This document shows, one piece after another, positions 20,137 through 30,702 of a DNA stretch of 64,000 bases; position 1 is the stretch's first letter, and every line of letters starts with the position of its first letter. Made by a program: the position numbers and the translations under genes. The notes under the pieces were generated by a model. The model saw only the letters and a list, made by a program, of their open reading frames with translations, had not been told where the DNA came from and ran no database searches. Source of the stretch: an uncultured Alphaproteobacteria bacterium (lineage in GTDB: Bacteria > Pseudomonadota > Alphaproteobacteria > Rs-D84); contig CAMRWN010000001.1 of NCBI GenBank assembly GCA_947054455.1, positions 4,595 through 68,594 on the forward strand, written 5' to 3'.

Positions 20137-20747
20137 CAAATAAGAAATCAAACAAATCCAAATGTTATAGACTGTTTGGAATCAAGATATACCAACGCAA
20201 ACGCAAAAGCGCGCAACCCGCGCCACAGCCCATAAATCCTTTTCCTGGGAACACCGTCAAGAACACGGTATACGTTGTGGAACCAGAAAGCCTGAAACTG
20301 GGTGGACATGTTTTCATAGGGGATTTCGGTCGTATTTCCAATGAACGCGGTCGTGTCAGTATCGGACGTCATGCGCAAATTGGTGAACAGGTATTGATTT
20401 TGACCACCAATCATAATTATGAAAATGCGGAAAAAATTCCATACGACCACAAGGCCATTCAACGTCCGGTAATCATCGGTGATTTTGTATGGATTGGTGC
20501 GCGTGTAACAATACTTGGCGGTGTTCAAATCGACGAAGGCGCAATCATAGGTGCGGGCGCCGTCGTGACCAAATCAGTTCCGGCATGCGCCATTGTTGCA
20601 GGAAATCCTGCAACAATTATCGGATGGCGCGACAAAAAGTCATTTGAAAAACTAAAATCGTCCGGTGCGTTTTACATGACCGGCAACGAAAAAGAAACCG
20701 TGTTTATTGACGGGCCCACAAAGCCCTATATGAAAGAAAAACGATAA
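20133..20747 (+). CDS. hexapeptide-repeat (LbH) O-acetyltransferase
   Basis: [46 protein letters not shown]. Confidence 0.85.
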   Translation: MTNKKSNKSKCYRLFGIKIYQRKRKSAQPAPQPINPFPGNTVKNTVYVVEPESLKLGGHVFIGDFGRISNERGRVSIGRHAQIGEQVLILTTNHNYENAEKIPYDHKAIQRPVIIGDFVWIGARVTILGGVQIDEGAIIGAGAVVTKSVPACAIVAGNPATIIGWRDKKSFEKLKSSGAFYMTGNEKETVFIDGPTKPYMKEKR

Positions 20748-20749
20748 AA

Positions 20750-21415
20750 TTAAGCCGCCATCTGCGCTGCGGACAAATCAATGTATGGCACGAACATCAG
20801 CGTCTGGTACTGGGATGTGGAACGGTTTTTCAGGCACTGGCCCGTAAATACTGGCGCCCAGACAGTTGTATAGTTATTTGATAACACAAATTCAGCCATA
20901 ATAATGGTTTCAAAATCAGATTCAACCCAATCCATAGACCGTTGGGACCCACGACAATACACAAATCCGTCTTTGGGAATGGTAATGCGGCTTTCCGCCG
21001 TATAATCCACCCTGTTGTCCCAATCAAACCGCCGTGCATCCATCATTCTGCCAGTCCCCACATCAGACAAATTGGACAGGTCGACATCCGCGCCGACGAC
21101 GCTGCCGCCGCCGCTGCCGACCGTGTGGCCGCCCTGGGTCGTGCCATCATGCAGACGCATGGTGTTGTTTGTGGTGTCCATTGTGATTTCCCCGGGCAGA
21201 CCGGTGTATCCGTCGTTCGCTTCTTGGTTTCCGCGCTTTATCTGCAGCTTATATTTTGTTTCGATGCGTCCCATGATTTCGTTCAAGTCTTCGGCGCAAA
21301 CAGACCTAATCACCTCCCGCAGGAGTTCCCATCGCTGTTGGGCGCTCAGCAGTTCGCCATTGTCAAACAGACGCAGCAATGCGTTATAAATAATAGAATT
21401 TTCATTGAGTAGCAT
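20750..21415 (-). CDS. phage tail-fibre-like protein (orphan)
   Basis: KRGNQEANDGYTGLPGEITMDTTNNTMRLHDGTTQGGH resembles the N-terminal motif shared by tail-fibre / hyaluronidase-N / Mtd-N domains. Gly-rich linker. The C-terminal half is unknown. Confidence 0.5.
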   Translation of the reverse strand: MLLNENSIIYNALLRLFDNGELLSAQQRWELLREVIRSVCAEDLNEIMGRIETKYKLQIKRGNQEANDGYTGLPGEITMDTTNNTMRLHDGTTQGGHTVGSGGGSVVGADVDLSNLSDVGTGRMMDARRFDWDNRVDYTAESRITIPKDGFVYCRGSQRSMDWVESDFETIIMAEFVLSNNYTTVWAPVFTGQCLKNRSTSQYQTLMFVPYIDLSAAQMAA

Positions 21416-21445
21416 AAGATCCCTTCTTCATATAGTAGATTGAAA

Positions 21446-21478
21446 ATAAAAAAAACACCGCTTTCGCGGTGCTTTTTT
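21446..21478. terminator. bidirectional terminator
   Basis: A-run, caccgc/gcggtg hairpin, T-run. Lies downstream of mltB. Confidence 0.7.
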
Positions 21479-21539
21479 ATTACACCAATTATATCACAAA
21501 TCAGGAAAAAAATCAATGGGGAAAAAGCCAATCGTTCAA

Positions 21540-22595
21540 CTATTTCAACCTGTCCGCCATTTCCGCCACTGCAATCGCGTACCAATTCGAAGAATTCCAT
21601 TTCTTTATACGGTAAAAATTCGGATATGTCAGGTAAGCTGCTATCACAGGCTGCGGCGCGATGTCCGCGTCCCCGTCAGCAGTTGCGGCGGATTCACGCG
21701 CGGCAGTTATCGCAGCCACATCGGCCACCAGACCGGCCGTCATGTCCGCCACTGGAATCGCGGTTCCGTCCGGATTTACAACACCCATCGCCGCCCACTG
21801 GGTCAAAGTTTTCTTAGTCTTGCCGTCCAGCATTTTCAAATCAAAATCCGCAGGCAGCACAACACGGCGTACAATTCGTTCATTCTGGTTCCAGCCCAGT
21901 TTCGACAGATAGTTTCCGGCGCTGAACATTGCGTCGCCGACACTGCCGATAATATCCACGCGGCCGTCCCCGTTTCCATCCACGCCATAGCTGTCCAATG
22001 TTGTCGGAATAAACTGAAAATGTCCCATGGCGCCGGCCCAGCTGCCGCGGATATCATTTATGTCCAGACCATTTTTGTCCGCAATCTTCATCAGCGCCAG
22101 CAACTGGTTGCCAAAAAACGTTTCGCGACGTCCGTCATACATCAATGTCAGAAATGCATCCGTCAGTTTGTAGCGCGCACGGTACTGGCCATAATTTGAT
22201 TCCAACCCCCAAAAGGCCAGAATGACATGCGGCGGGACACCGTATTTGTTTTCAACACGCGACAACATTGTCGGATATGCCGCATGCATTTTGCGGCCGT
22301 TGGCGACGCGCGACGTGCTGACCGTGCGCGCCAGATACTGGTCCAGCGTCAGTTTAAATTCCGACTGATTCTTGTCGCTGTGCACTATGCCGGGAATAAA
22401 CGCGGGCGTTTTCAGGGTTGACTTTATCATATCAGCGGATATGTTTTGCGCGGCCGCGCGCGTACGCACATCATCCAGTATCGAATCCCAGCGTTCCATG
22501 TCGAATTCGCCACGTCCCGCCGCAATCGCCGGCGCAGATGAGATAAAAAACAATGTTGCGCCAATCAGGCGTACTATCAATTTACCCGTCATCAT
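21540..22595 (-). CDS. mltB: lytic murein transglycosylase (MltB/SLT_2 family)
   Basis: Signal peptide. ILAFWGLESNYG, GAMGHFQFIPTT and GRVDI blocks. Confidence 0.85.
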   Translation of the reverse strand: MMTGKLIVRLIGATLFFISSAPAIAAGRGEFDMERWDSILDDVRTRAAAQNISADMIKSTLKTPAFIPGIVHSDKNQSEFKLTLDQYLARTVSTSRVANGRKMHAAYPTMLSRVENKYGVPPHVILAFWGLESNYGQYRARYKLTDAFLTLMYDGRRETFFGNQLLALMKIADKNGLDINDIRGSWAGAMGHFQFIPTTLDSYGVDGNGDGRVDIIGSVGDAMFSAGNYLSKLGWNQNERIVRRVVLPADFDLKMLDGKTKKTLTQWAAMGVVNPDGTAIPVADMTAGLVADVAAITAARESAATADGDADIAPQPVIAAYLTYPNFYRIKKWNSSNWYAIAVAEMADRLK

Positions 22596-22610
22596 AGATT
22601 ATTCACCTTG

Positions 22611-24098
22611 TTAAAATGCGAACTTAACGCCCAGATGCAACCCAAAAGACTGCCACGTTGCATTTTTCAGCGAGTCCTGGACATCAACGGTCTGGGCCGG
22701 TATATGCTCCAAAATCGGCAGCCCGTTGTCATCCAAAATATACTGGCCCTTTTCGTCAATCAAAAACTGACTGTATTCCGCCAAATACAATTTTCCACCA
22801 ATTTTTCCGACATGGAAATAATTGGTATCAACCTTCAGCGCCAATTGCAGACGATCAGACAATTGGAAATTGTATTCCATTTCCGCCGTATAAGAATATG
22901 CGCCGCTGCTGCCTTCGTCAAGGAAGCTGGGGCTTTGCTGCCAATCTGTTCGATTTGGCCATATTCCTTCGGAAGAATATTTCGGCAGACCAAACTGCAC
23001 GTAAAAACGCAGCTTGTCCGACAGGGTCATTTGTTTTTCAACCTCCAGCCCGACGTAAAAACCGCTCCACGTGGTGTTATAGATGTGCGTTGTGCCACCC
23101 ACGCGTATCGGACCGTCGCCGCCGATAATTACACAGTCCCCGGGTTCAACACCCCACGGAATCGTACCCATTGCCGGGTCGTAATCGCCGGTTATCAGTG
23201 TATTTCCCAATTCCTGGTATCCGGAATTCGGGGCCTGAACCAATTTTATATCTTCGGGCGACATACACACCTGGTACCAGTCGGACGGTGCCTCTGTCCC
23301 AACGGGCAACGTATAATAATTACCGTTTGCATCACCGTATACATAATCGCCCTTGTCCGTCATCAGCGGCAGATAAATGCCGGGATTTGGATACAGATGG
23401 TCGGACATCTCCAAATCATGCTTAAATATTTCGTATCCTATGGACGGCGACAGTTTCCATCCGCCGATATCCCATATGTGATGCGCACCCAAACCAAATT
23501 TTATATGATGGGATTTGCCCGTCTGGTCGCCGACGGAAATTGTGAATATCCCTTCGGATTCGTTCGACCAGTCAAACGGCGCCAAGTCATAGTCCATGGA
23601 CAAGCCGCCACTGGCCATATCGCCGTATGTGTATTGGCCGTACGCAAACAAGTCGAAATTGCGCAGGCTAAAGTTATGACGTGCCCCGACAGTGATTTCA
23701 TTAAAAATCATGTCGTCCCATTCCAAAATGGAATTGACGCCGGTTTCAAACTGAAAATCCGCAAAACGCCGTGAATATCCGGCATAAATGTTTGTCGCAT
23801 GCTGTGATTCAACAGGAATTGCAATTCCGTTTGCGGTCATTGTGCCGTTAATCTTGGGCGCCTGGGCGCGGGGAACCTGATATGAATACTGTGTGGTTCC
23901 GACAATCTGCTTTTGTCCGGATTGTCCGACGTATTTTGTATACCCCTGGTTCGCATACTGGTTATAAGACGCCTGGTTTGCATTCGGCGCACGCGACGTC
24001 TGATAATATGACGGCACCCCCTCGTTCGCGGCAAACGCGGCGAAAGGCGCGAAAATTCCCGAAAAAATTGCGACTATGCGTGTATTCATACCTGACAC
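22611..24098 (-). CDS. outer-membrane beta-barrel protein (porin-like)
   Basis: Signal peptide ending AFAANEG. Alternating aromatic/polar pattern. C-terminus GLHLGVKFAF ends in Phe. Confidence 0.7.
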   Translation of the reverse strand: MSGMNTRIVAIFSGIFAPFAAFAANEGVPSYYQTSRAPNANQASYNQYANQGYTKYVGQSGQKQIVGTTQYSYQVPRAQAPKINGTMTANGIAIPVESQHATNIYAGYSRRFADFQFETGVNSILEWDDMIFNEITVGARHNFSLRNFDLFAYGQYTYGDMASGGLSMDYDLAPFDWSNESEGIFTISVGDQTGKSHHIKFGLGAHHIWDIGGWKLSPSIGYEIFKHDLEMSDHLYPNPGIYLPLMTDKGDYVYGDANGNYYTLPVGTEAPSDWYQVCMSPEDIKLVQAPNSGYQELGNTLITGDYDPAMGTIPWGVEPGDCVIIGGDGPIRVGGTTHIYNTTWSGFYVGLEVEKQMTLSDKLRFYVQFGLPKYSSEGIWPNRTDWQQSPSFLDEGSSGAYSYTAEMEYNFQLSDRLQLALKVDTNYFHVGKIGGKLYLAEYSQFLIDEKGQYILDDNGLPILEHIPAQTVDVQDSLKNATWQSFGLHLGVKFAF

Positions 24099-24188
24099 TT
24101 GTCTGACATTATATCATAAAATTGCAAATAGCAAAAGTGAATTAATTTATCACTTGCACACGGCCCGTCGCGCGGTACAATATCGGCA

Positions 24189-25244
24189 ATGAGCGAAGCG
24201 CATAACATATACATACACGTTCCCTTCTGCATGTCCAAGTGCAATTACTGCGCATTTTTCAGCCGCGCCTGCCGCACGCCGGACTGGGACGCATATTGTG
24301 AAAAAATAATATCTGAAATCACCCATTGGGGCCGGATGCTTGGCCAGATTACCGTTCCGACTATATTTTTCGGGGGCGGCACGCCGTCGCTGATGCCGAC
24401 GGCCGCATTTGGACGGATTATTAATGCACTGGGCAAAAACTTTCATATCGATGCCGAATGTGAAATCACGCTGGAATCAAATCCGGGCACACTGGACGGC
24501 GCCAGACTGGCCGAATTCGCGGCCGCGGGGATGAACCGTCTGTCCGTCGGCATCCAGTCGCTGGATGACGCGAAACTGCGTTTTCTGGGGCGCCGCCACG
24601 ATGCGTCAGACGCACTGCGACTGTTGGATTGCGGGATGCGGCGCGGCATTCGAACATCCGCCGATTTCATATACGGCATGCCGGGGGATAGCGCCGACAC
24701 CGTCGCAACGCTGTGCCGGCGTATAAATGATTTGGGGCTGCAACACTGCTCTATGTATGAACTGACCATAGAACCGGACACGCCTTTTGGAAAAATGAAT
24801 CTGCAGATGCCCGACAACAACGAAATGGCCGAAATGTATCAGGCGATAGAACAAACCCTGCGTCTGCCGCGATACGAGGTTTCAAATTACGCCGCCCCCG
24901 GCCATGAATGCCGGCACAACCAAAACGTGTGGGCCGGCGCGCCATATATCGGCATCGGCCCGCACGCGGCGGGGCGCGTATTAATCGACGGCAACTGGTA
25001 TGAACAAATTGGCGACGGCGCATTGATGTCCCCGTTGTCGCGGCGCGACCGCGCAATTGAGCGGGTACTGACCGGCATGCGTACAATGCGCGGCGTTAAT
25101 TTGTCCGACGACATTCGCGATATCGTAGATATGGATTTTATCCGCGCACACCCCGATTTAATACGGACAGACGACAAAAACATACGCGCAACACCAAAAG
25201 GCATTTTGATTCTGGATGATTTACTGATAAACTTGGTGAAATAG
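24189..25244 (+). CDS. hemW: radical SAM heme chaperone HemW (coproporphyrinogen III oxidase-like)
   Basis: YIHVPFCMSKCNYCAF (CxxxCxxC), GGGTPS, RLSVGIQS. Confidence 0.85.
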   Translation: MSEAHNIYIHVPFCMSKCNYCAFFSRACRTPDWDAYCEKIISEITHWGRMLGQITVPTIFFGGGTPSLMPTAAFGRIINALGKNFHIDAECEITLESNPGTLDGARLAEFAAAGMNRLSVGIQSLDDAKLRFLGRRHDASDALRLLDCGMRRGIRTSADFIYGMPGDSADTVATLCRRINDLGLQHCSMYELTIEPDTPFGKMNLQMPDNNEMAEMYQAIEQTLRLPRYEVSNYAAPGHECRHNQNVWAGAPYIGIGPHAAGRVLIDGNWYEQIGDGALMSPLSRRDRAIERVLTGMRTMRGVNLSDDIRDIVDMDFIRAHPDLIRTDDKNIRATPKGILILDDLLINLVK

Positions 25245-25245
25245 A

Positions 25246-27231
25246 ATGGAAAACAAATTTTTGAATTTTATCGGTATAATATCGGTCGCGACGGCGCTGC
25301 TGTTCGCGGCAACGACGCACAAGGAGAAAATGATGGACACGGGAATAAAGCTGGAAAATATGGATTTGTCGGTCCGCCCGGGCGATAATTTTTTTGATTA
25401 TGCGACACTGGGATGGCGGCGGGCGAATCCGATTCCGGACGATTACACCAGATACGGTTCATTTGACATTTTATACAACACCAATCTGGAACGCATCCGC
25501 CAAATCGCTGAATCAGACACGGGGAAAATCGGCACGCTGTATAAAATCGCCATGAATTCAGACAAACTCAATGCCCAGCGCACCGCGCCGGTATGTCCCT
25601 ATCTGGATGAAATCGACGGGCTGCAGCGCGCCGACCTGGCCCGATACTTGGGCCGCATGACCCGTTTCGCGGGCGCATTCTGGGGCGACGGGGTCGCACT
25701 GGACGAAATGGACAGCGAACATTTCCTGTACAATATCGGCCAAGGCGGCATCGGAATGTCGCGGGACTATTATTTCGACACTGATGAAAAATCGGTCGAG
25801 GCCAGGAAAAAATACCGCGAATTCATGGCGCGCCAAATGAAAAATTTCGGCGTGGATGCCGACACCACCAAACTCTATGCACTGGAAGAACGCATGGCGC
25901 GCGCATTTTATCCAAAGGAAAAACTGCGCGACCCGCACGCCAATTATCACAAAATGTCGATAGAGGAAATAAAAACACAACTGCCCGGCTTTGATTGGGA
26001 CGCGTTTTTACAGGCGCGCGGCGCGACGGCGGCAAAATATATAAACATAAACCAGCCCGAAGCCATCGCCGAATCCATCGCGATTATAAATGACACCGAC
26101 ATGGAACTGATAAAGGCGTATTTGAAATACCGCATTATTGGCGCAGCGGACACATTGCTGGACGACGAAACGTACGACATAACATTTGATTTCTATAACC
26201 GCACGCTGGCCGGACAAAAGGAACCAAAACCACGGTGGAAACGCGCAGTTCGCCTGCTCGACGACAGTCTGGGTGAAGAAACCGGCCGGATATACGTGGA
26301 AAAATATTTTTCGCCACAGGCAAAAAAACGCATGCAGCAGATGGTTCGAAATCTGCAGCGCGCATACGCCATGCGTATTGAAAAACTGGACTGGATGTCA
26401 AACCAGACCAAGGAAAAAGCGCTGGAAAAACTGAACAGTTTCAAGGCAAAAATCGGATACCCGGATAAATGGCGCGACTACGGCGCGCTGGAGATAAATG
26501 CGGACCAGTCGCTGTGGGATAACATGGTGCGCGTTGCCATGTTCGAAGACGATTTCTGGATGAAAAAAATAGGCCAGAAAAACGACCCGACCCTGTGGTA
26601 CATGAATGCGCATGAAATAAACGCATACTATGACCCGTCAACGAACGAAATATGTTTTCCGGCCGGTATTCTGCAGTATCCGTTCTTTGACATGTCCGCG
26701 GACGATGCGTTCAACTATGGCGCAATCGGCAGCATAATCGGACACGAAATGACCCACGGGTTTGATGATTCCGGACGAAAATTCGACAATTTGGGAAATC
26801 TGCGCGACTGGTGGACACCGGCAGACGCCGCCGGATTCGAAGCGCGCGCGGATGTCATGCGCCGGTTCTTTGACAAAATCATCATCGCGCCGGGTATAAA
26901 TGCAAACGGCGAATTCACACTGGGTGAAAATCTGGCCGACTATGGTGGAATCACAATCGCGTTCACGGCGTATAAAAATTTCGGCACAGCGTCAGACGAT
27001 GCGGACGGTATGACCGCGGATATGCGTTTCTTTGCCGCGTACGCCGGTGCATGGGCCGCCAACACACGCGACGCCGAAGCGATACGCCTGACCAAGACGG
27101 ACGAGCATTCCCTGCCCCAGTGGCGCGTAAACGGAATTCTGCCCCATATCGAGGCATGGTACGCCGCATACCAGATTCAGCCGACCGACAAGCTGTATCT
27201 GGCCCCGGCCGAGCGCGTAAAACTGTGGTAG
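25246..27231 (+). CDS. M13 family metallopeptidase (PepO/neprilysin-like)
   Basis: HEMTHGFDD zinc motif, NAYY, GENLADYGG. Confidence 0.9.
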   Translation: MENKFLNFIGIISVATALLFAATTHKEKMMDTGIKLENMDLSVRPGDNFFDYATLGWRRANPIPDDYTRYGSFDILYNTNLERIRQIAESDTGKIGTLYKIAMNSDKLNAQRTAPVCPYLDEIDGLQRADLARYLGRMTRFAGAFWGDGVALDEMDSEHFLYNIGQGGIGMSRDYYFDTDEKSVEARKKYREFMARQMKNFGVDADTTKLYALEERMARAFYPKEKLRDPHANYHKMSIEEIKTQLPGFDWDAFLQARGATAAKYININQPEAIAESIAIINDTDMELIKAYLKYRIIGAADTLLDDETYDITFDFYNRTLAGQKEPKPRWKRAVRLLDDSLGEETGRIYVEKYFSPQAKKRMQQMVRNLQRAYAMRIEKLDWMSNQTKEKALEKLNSFKAKIGYPDKWRDYGALEINADQSLWDNMVRVAMFEDDFWMKKIGQKNDPTLWYMNAHEINAYYDPSTNEICFPAGILQYPFFDMSADDAFNYGAIGSIIGHEMTHGFDDSGRKFDNLGNLRDWWTPADAAGFEARADVMRRFFDKIIIAPGINANGEFTLGENLADYGGITIAFTAYKNFGTASDDADGMTADMRFFAAYAGAWAANTRDAEAIRLTKTDEHSLPQWRVNGILPHIEAWYAAYQIQPTDKLYLAPAERVKLW

Positions 27232-27242
27232 ACCGCGCACAG

Positions 27243-27272
27243 AAAACACCCCGCCAGACGGCGGGGTGTTTT
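27243..27272. terminator. bidirectional terminator between convergent genes
   Basis: 10-bp stem acaccccgcc/ggcggggtgt, A-run before, T-run after. Confidence 0.7.
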
Positions 27273-27286
27273 GTTGCGCAAAGCAT

Positions 27287-29524
27287 TTATTTCCCGAATT
27301 TTCCGCTGCGCGGGAAACCGACGGGAACCGTGCGTCCCTGTGATGCGCGACGTCCCGTCCACGGCTGCCAGTCATCCATCTTGGTTGTTCCGCGTCCCGT
27401 CGTCCATCCAAACCCGGCCGACGCATCAAAGAACATGACATCCAAAACATACGTGCGTTCGGCATTGTACTTTTGCAGAATCACACCCTTGCCGCGCGTC
27501 ATTTCCGGAATTTCGGATGCCGCAAATATCAGCAGCTTGTCGTTCGACCCCGACATCGCAACCATGTCGCCAGCAACCGGCACACACATCCAGGCGGGAT
27601 TTTTCGCGTCCACATTCATAACCTGTTTTCCCGTTCGGGTTTGCGCGACACAGTTATCGCCGGACACAATAAATCCGTTTCCATGGCGCCCGACCAACAG
27701 ATATTTCGCCGACGTGTCCAGCACGAACGCACGTACAATCGTTTCATCCGCGCCGATATCGGCCATCATTCGTACCGACTCGCCAAATCCACGCGCCGAA
27801 GGCAGTTCATTCGCCCCCAGTGTGAACATCTTGCCGGACGACACGAACAGGTTGATTTTGTCGGTCGACATGGCGTGAAACGCGCACATCAATTCGTCGC
27901 CTTCCTTGAACTTTAAATCGAGATTGTTGAGGTCCAGATGCCCCTTGGCCGCGCGTATCCAGCCCATGTTTGACAATATGATTGTCAGCGGCTCTTTTTC
28001 TATAAACTCGTCCGCATTTACAACTATTTCCTCGGTCTGTTCGGCCCATGTCGTACGGCGGCGCCCCAGCGCGGTCTTTTTGTCATAGCGTTTCTTGATA
28101 TCGGCAAACCACGCTTTGAGCTGATTGTGCTGTGCCTCTTCACTGGCCAGCAATTCCTGCAGCTGCTGCTGTTCCGCGCGCAGGGCCGCGTCTTCGCGGC
28201 GGATTTCCATTTCCTCTAACTTGCGCAATGAACGCAGGCGCGTGTTCAATATCGCCTCTACCTGAATATCGGTCAGATTAAATTCGGAAACCAGTACGGC
28301 CTTGGCATCATCTTCGGTTCTGATAATTTCGATAACGCGGTCCAGGTTCAAATACACCACCAGCAGGCCGCCCAAAATTTCCAGTCTGCGCGCAATGTTG
28401 CCCAGACGCCAGTTTGTTCGACGAACCAATACATTCTGCTGATGCGCAATGAATTCGCGCAGCACATCACCAATCCCCATAACACGCGGCGCACCCTTGG
28501 AATCAATCACGTTAAAGTTCATATTGAACCGGTATTCCAAATCGGTCATCGCAAACAGATGCGCCATCATCTTGTCAACGGGGACATTGCGGTTTTTGGG
28601 CGTTATGACAATACGCACATCGGTGGTGGATTCATCTGATATGTCGTCGACCAGCGGCAGCTTTTTCGCATCAATCAGCGCGGCAATCTGTTCAACCAGC
28701 TTGGACTTTACAATTCCGTACGGAATTTCCGTTATAACAACCTGCTGGGCGCCGCGGTCCAGTTCTTCCACCTCCCATCTGGCGCGTACACGGAACGCCC
28801 CGCGGCCGGTTTCATAATTTTTAACAATGGTGTCGAAATTATCAATCAAGACGCCGCCGGTGGGAAAATCCGGTCCAATCATTTTTTTCATAATCTGGGC
28901 CGTGGTCGCATCACGCTTGTCCACAACCAGCGCCAGCGCATCACAAACCTCGGCCACGTTGTGCGTCGGAATATTGGTGGCCATACCCACCGCAATTCCC
29001 ATGCCTCCATTTGCCAACAGGTTCGGGAACGCACCCGGCATGACAGTCGGTTCAACCGTTGTCCCGTCAAAATTCGGCATCATGTCAACGCTGTCTTCGT
29101 CCAGGCCTTCCATAATCAGCATGGACGCGTCCGTCATTTTTGATTCTGTATATCGGTACGCCGCCTGCGGGTCGCCGTCAATATTTCCAAAATTTCCCTG
29201 GCCGTCAATCAGCGGATAACGCACTGAAAAATCCTGGGCCAGTCGCACCATCGCATCATAAACGGAACTGTCCCCATGGGGATGGTAATGCCCCAGCACG
29301 TCGCCGACAACCGTCGCGCATTTGCGAAACGCAGCCGCGGGCGACAGTTTCTGACGCAACATGGAATACAAAATTCTGCGGTGTACAGGCTTTAGCCCGT
29401 CGCGCACATCCGGCAGCGCGCGCGACACGATTGTACTGACCGCGTATGACAAATAACGTTCCGACAGCGCATCCGCCAACTGCTGGGAGTCTATGTTTTC
29501 TACAATATTGCTTGTGTTTTTCAT
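27287..29524 (-). CDS. parC: DNA topoisomerase IV subunit A (type IIA topoisomerase A subunit)
   Basis: [21 protein letters not shown] and [10 protein letters not shown] (active-site Tyr). I saw no GyrA-box (QRRGGKG) in the C-terminal domain, hence ParC rather than GyrA. Confidence 0.7.
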   Translation of the reverse strand: MKNTSNIVENIDSQQLADALSERYLSYAVSTIVSRALPDVRDGLKPVHRRILYSMLRQKLSPAAAFRKCATVVGDVLGHYHPHGDSSVYDAMVRLAQDFSVRYPLIDGQGNFGNIDGDPQAAYRYTESKMTDASMLIMEGLDEDSVDMMPNFDGTTVEPTVMPGAFPNLLANGGMGIAVGMATNIPTHNVAEVCDALALVVDKRDATTAQIMKKMIGPDFPTGGVLIDNFDTIVKNYETGRGAFRVRARWEVEELDRGAQQVVITEIPYGIVKSKLVEQIAALIDAKKLPLVDDISDESTTDVRIVITPKNRNVPVDKMMAHLFAMTDLEYRFNMNFNVIDSKGAPRVMGIGDVLREFIAHQQNVLVRRTNWRLGNIARRLEILGGLLVVYLNLDRVIEIIRTEDDAKAVLVSEFNLTDIQVEAILNTRLRSLRKLEEMEIRREDAALRAEQQQLQELLASEEAQHNQLKAWFADIKKRYDKKTALGRRRTTWAEQTEEIVVNADEFIEKEPLTIILSNMGWIRAAKGHLDLNNLDLKFKEGDELMCAFHAMSTDKINLFVSSGKMFTLGANELPSARGFGESVRMMADIGADETIVRAFVLDTSAKYLLVGRHGNGFIVSGDNCVAQTRTGKQVMNVDAKNPAWMCVPVAGDMVAMSGSNDKLLIFAASEIPEMTRGKGVILQKYNAERTYVLDVMFFDASAGFGWTTGRGTTKMDDWQPWTGRRASQGRTVPVGFPRSGKFGK

Positions 29525-29647
29525 ATTTTATATCTGCAGATTTTTCTTTTTCACGCATGTGAATTTAAAACATTTGGAAAAAAATAACAACAGAAAAAAC
29601 GCTCGGTTCCCATGTGGCGGGTGATTTAACAAAATTGAATTTTTCAT

Positions 29648-29675
29648 TTGACAAATTATTTTATATGAATAATAT
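29648..29675 (+). promoter_or_regulatory. sigma70-type promoter
   Basis: TTGACA (29648-29653), 16-nt spacer, TAATAT (29670-29675). About 177 nt upstream of the next start codon. Confidence 0.5.
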
Positions 29676-29858
29676 TGGCGCGAACTTTGGTTCCCCCACT
29701 GTGGGGTTGACTGCCCGGACACGGGTCAGTCGGGACATTTTTGTCCGAATGTACGTCGCGAACCCATTTTTTCCGCGGCGAACCAGTCAAAAAAATATAT
29801 AAAAACAAACCGGCACCCCGGTGTCGGCCAGTCTGTTTGATTGCAAAGAGGAAATAAA

Positions 29859-30677
29859 ATGAAAGCACATTTGTCAGTAAGGTATCTGATAAGCGGCCTT
29901 ATATTGCTGACCACGCTGGCGCGTCAACACGAAGACGTGCTGCATGCGGAATCCAGCCAAGTGCGCCGCACAACGGTTGCGGGAAAACCGAAATCACACA
30001 TCATGGATTGGACGCCGACGGCCGAGGAAACGGACACAACTGTGGCAACATGGTTGCTAAGTGAATATCTCAAATCGCAAAAAGAACCACCGAAACCCGC
30101 ACCGCGCAAAAAGATAGTATCCGTTGTGGAATCCCATCACGATGTCATATATGTATATGACAACCACGACTGCATCAGACGCAGCGGCGGCACGCGCGCA
30201 TGGCGCAACAACAATCCCGGTAATCTGCGATATTCCGAATTCGCACGAAAAATGGGTGCAATCGGACATGCCGGCGGATTTGCGGTATTCCCGGACATGC
30301 AAACCGGCATGGCGGCAATCGCAGGCCTGCTGCAATCAAACAAATATTCAAACTATACTATTTCAGAAGCGATTTATACCTATGCCCCACCCGTCGAAAA
30401 CGACACCGCGGGCTATGAGGAAAAAATCCATCATATGACCGGATTGCCTGGCGCGATAAAATTATGCGACTTGTCGCCCGCCCAGTTGCAAAACGTTGTA
30501 CACGCAATCCAGATAATAGAAGGATGGCACGCAGGCACTGAAAACCTGTCGGTCGCGCACGTTCCGCCACGTTATCTGACATTGCCGGAGCCAATGGAAA
30601 ACGCTGATTCCATGCTGTATGCCAGATTGAATCCAAACAATTTATGGCTGCGCGACAAATCGCAGAAAACAATATAA
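29859..30677 (+). CDS. exported protein with a WRNNNPGNL ... YAPPVEND motif
   Basis: ORF track starts at TTG 29841. The ATG at 29859 has AGAGGA upstream and begins a signal-like segment. The motif resembles a family I associate only vaguely with phage/virion proteins. Confidence 0.6.
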   Translation: MKAHLSVRYLISGLILLTTLARQHEDVLHAESSQVRRTTVAGKPKSHIMDWTPTAEETDTTVATWLLSEYLKSQKEPPKPAPRKKIVSVVESHHDVIYVYDNHDCIRRSGGTRAWRNNNPGNLRYSEFARKMGAIGHAGGFAVFPDMQTGMAAIAGLLQSNKYSNYTISEAIYTYAPPVENDTAGYEEKIHHMTGLPGAIKLCDLSPAQLQNVVHAIQIIEGWHAGTENLSVAHVPPRYLTLPEPMENADSMLYARLNPNNLWLRDKSQKTI

Positions 30678-30702
30678 AAAAACGCGCACAATGCGCGTTT
30701 TT

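Noticed and set aside
29683-29760. Possible ykkC/guanidine-type riboswitch (GGTTCCC ... GGACACGG ... GGGACA).
   Set aside because: Only fragments of the consensus are present, and the conserved ACGR / GGGA-loop arrangement cannot be reproduced. The downstream gene is not a guanidine or nucleotide transporter or carboxylase. It is kept only as an unclassified structured leader.
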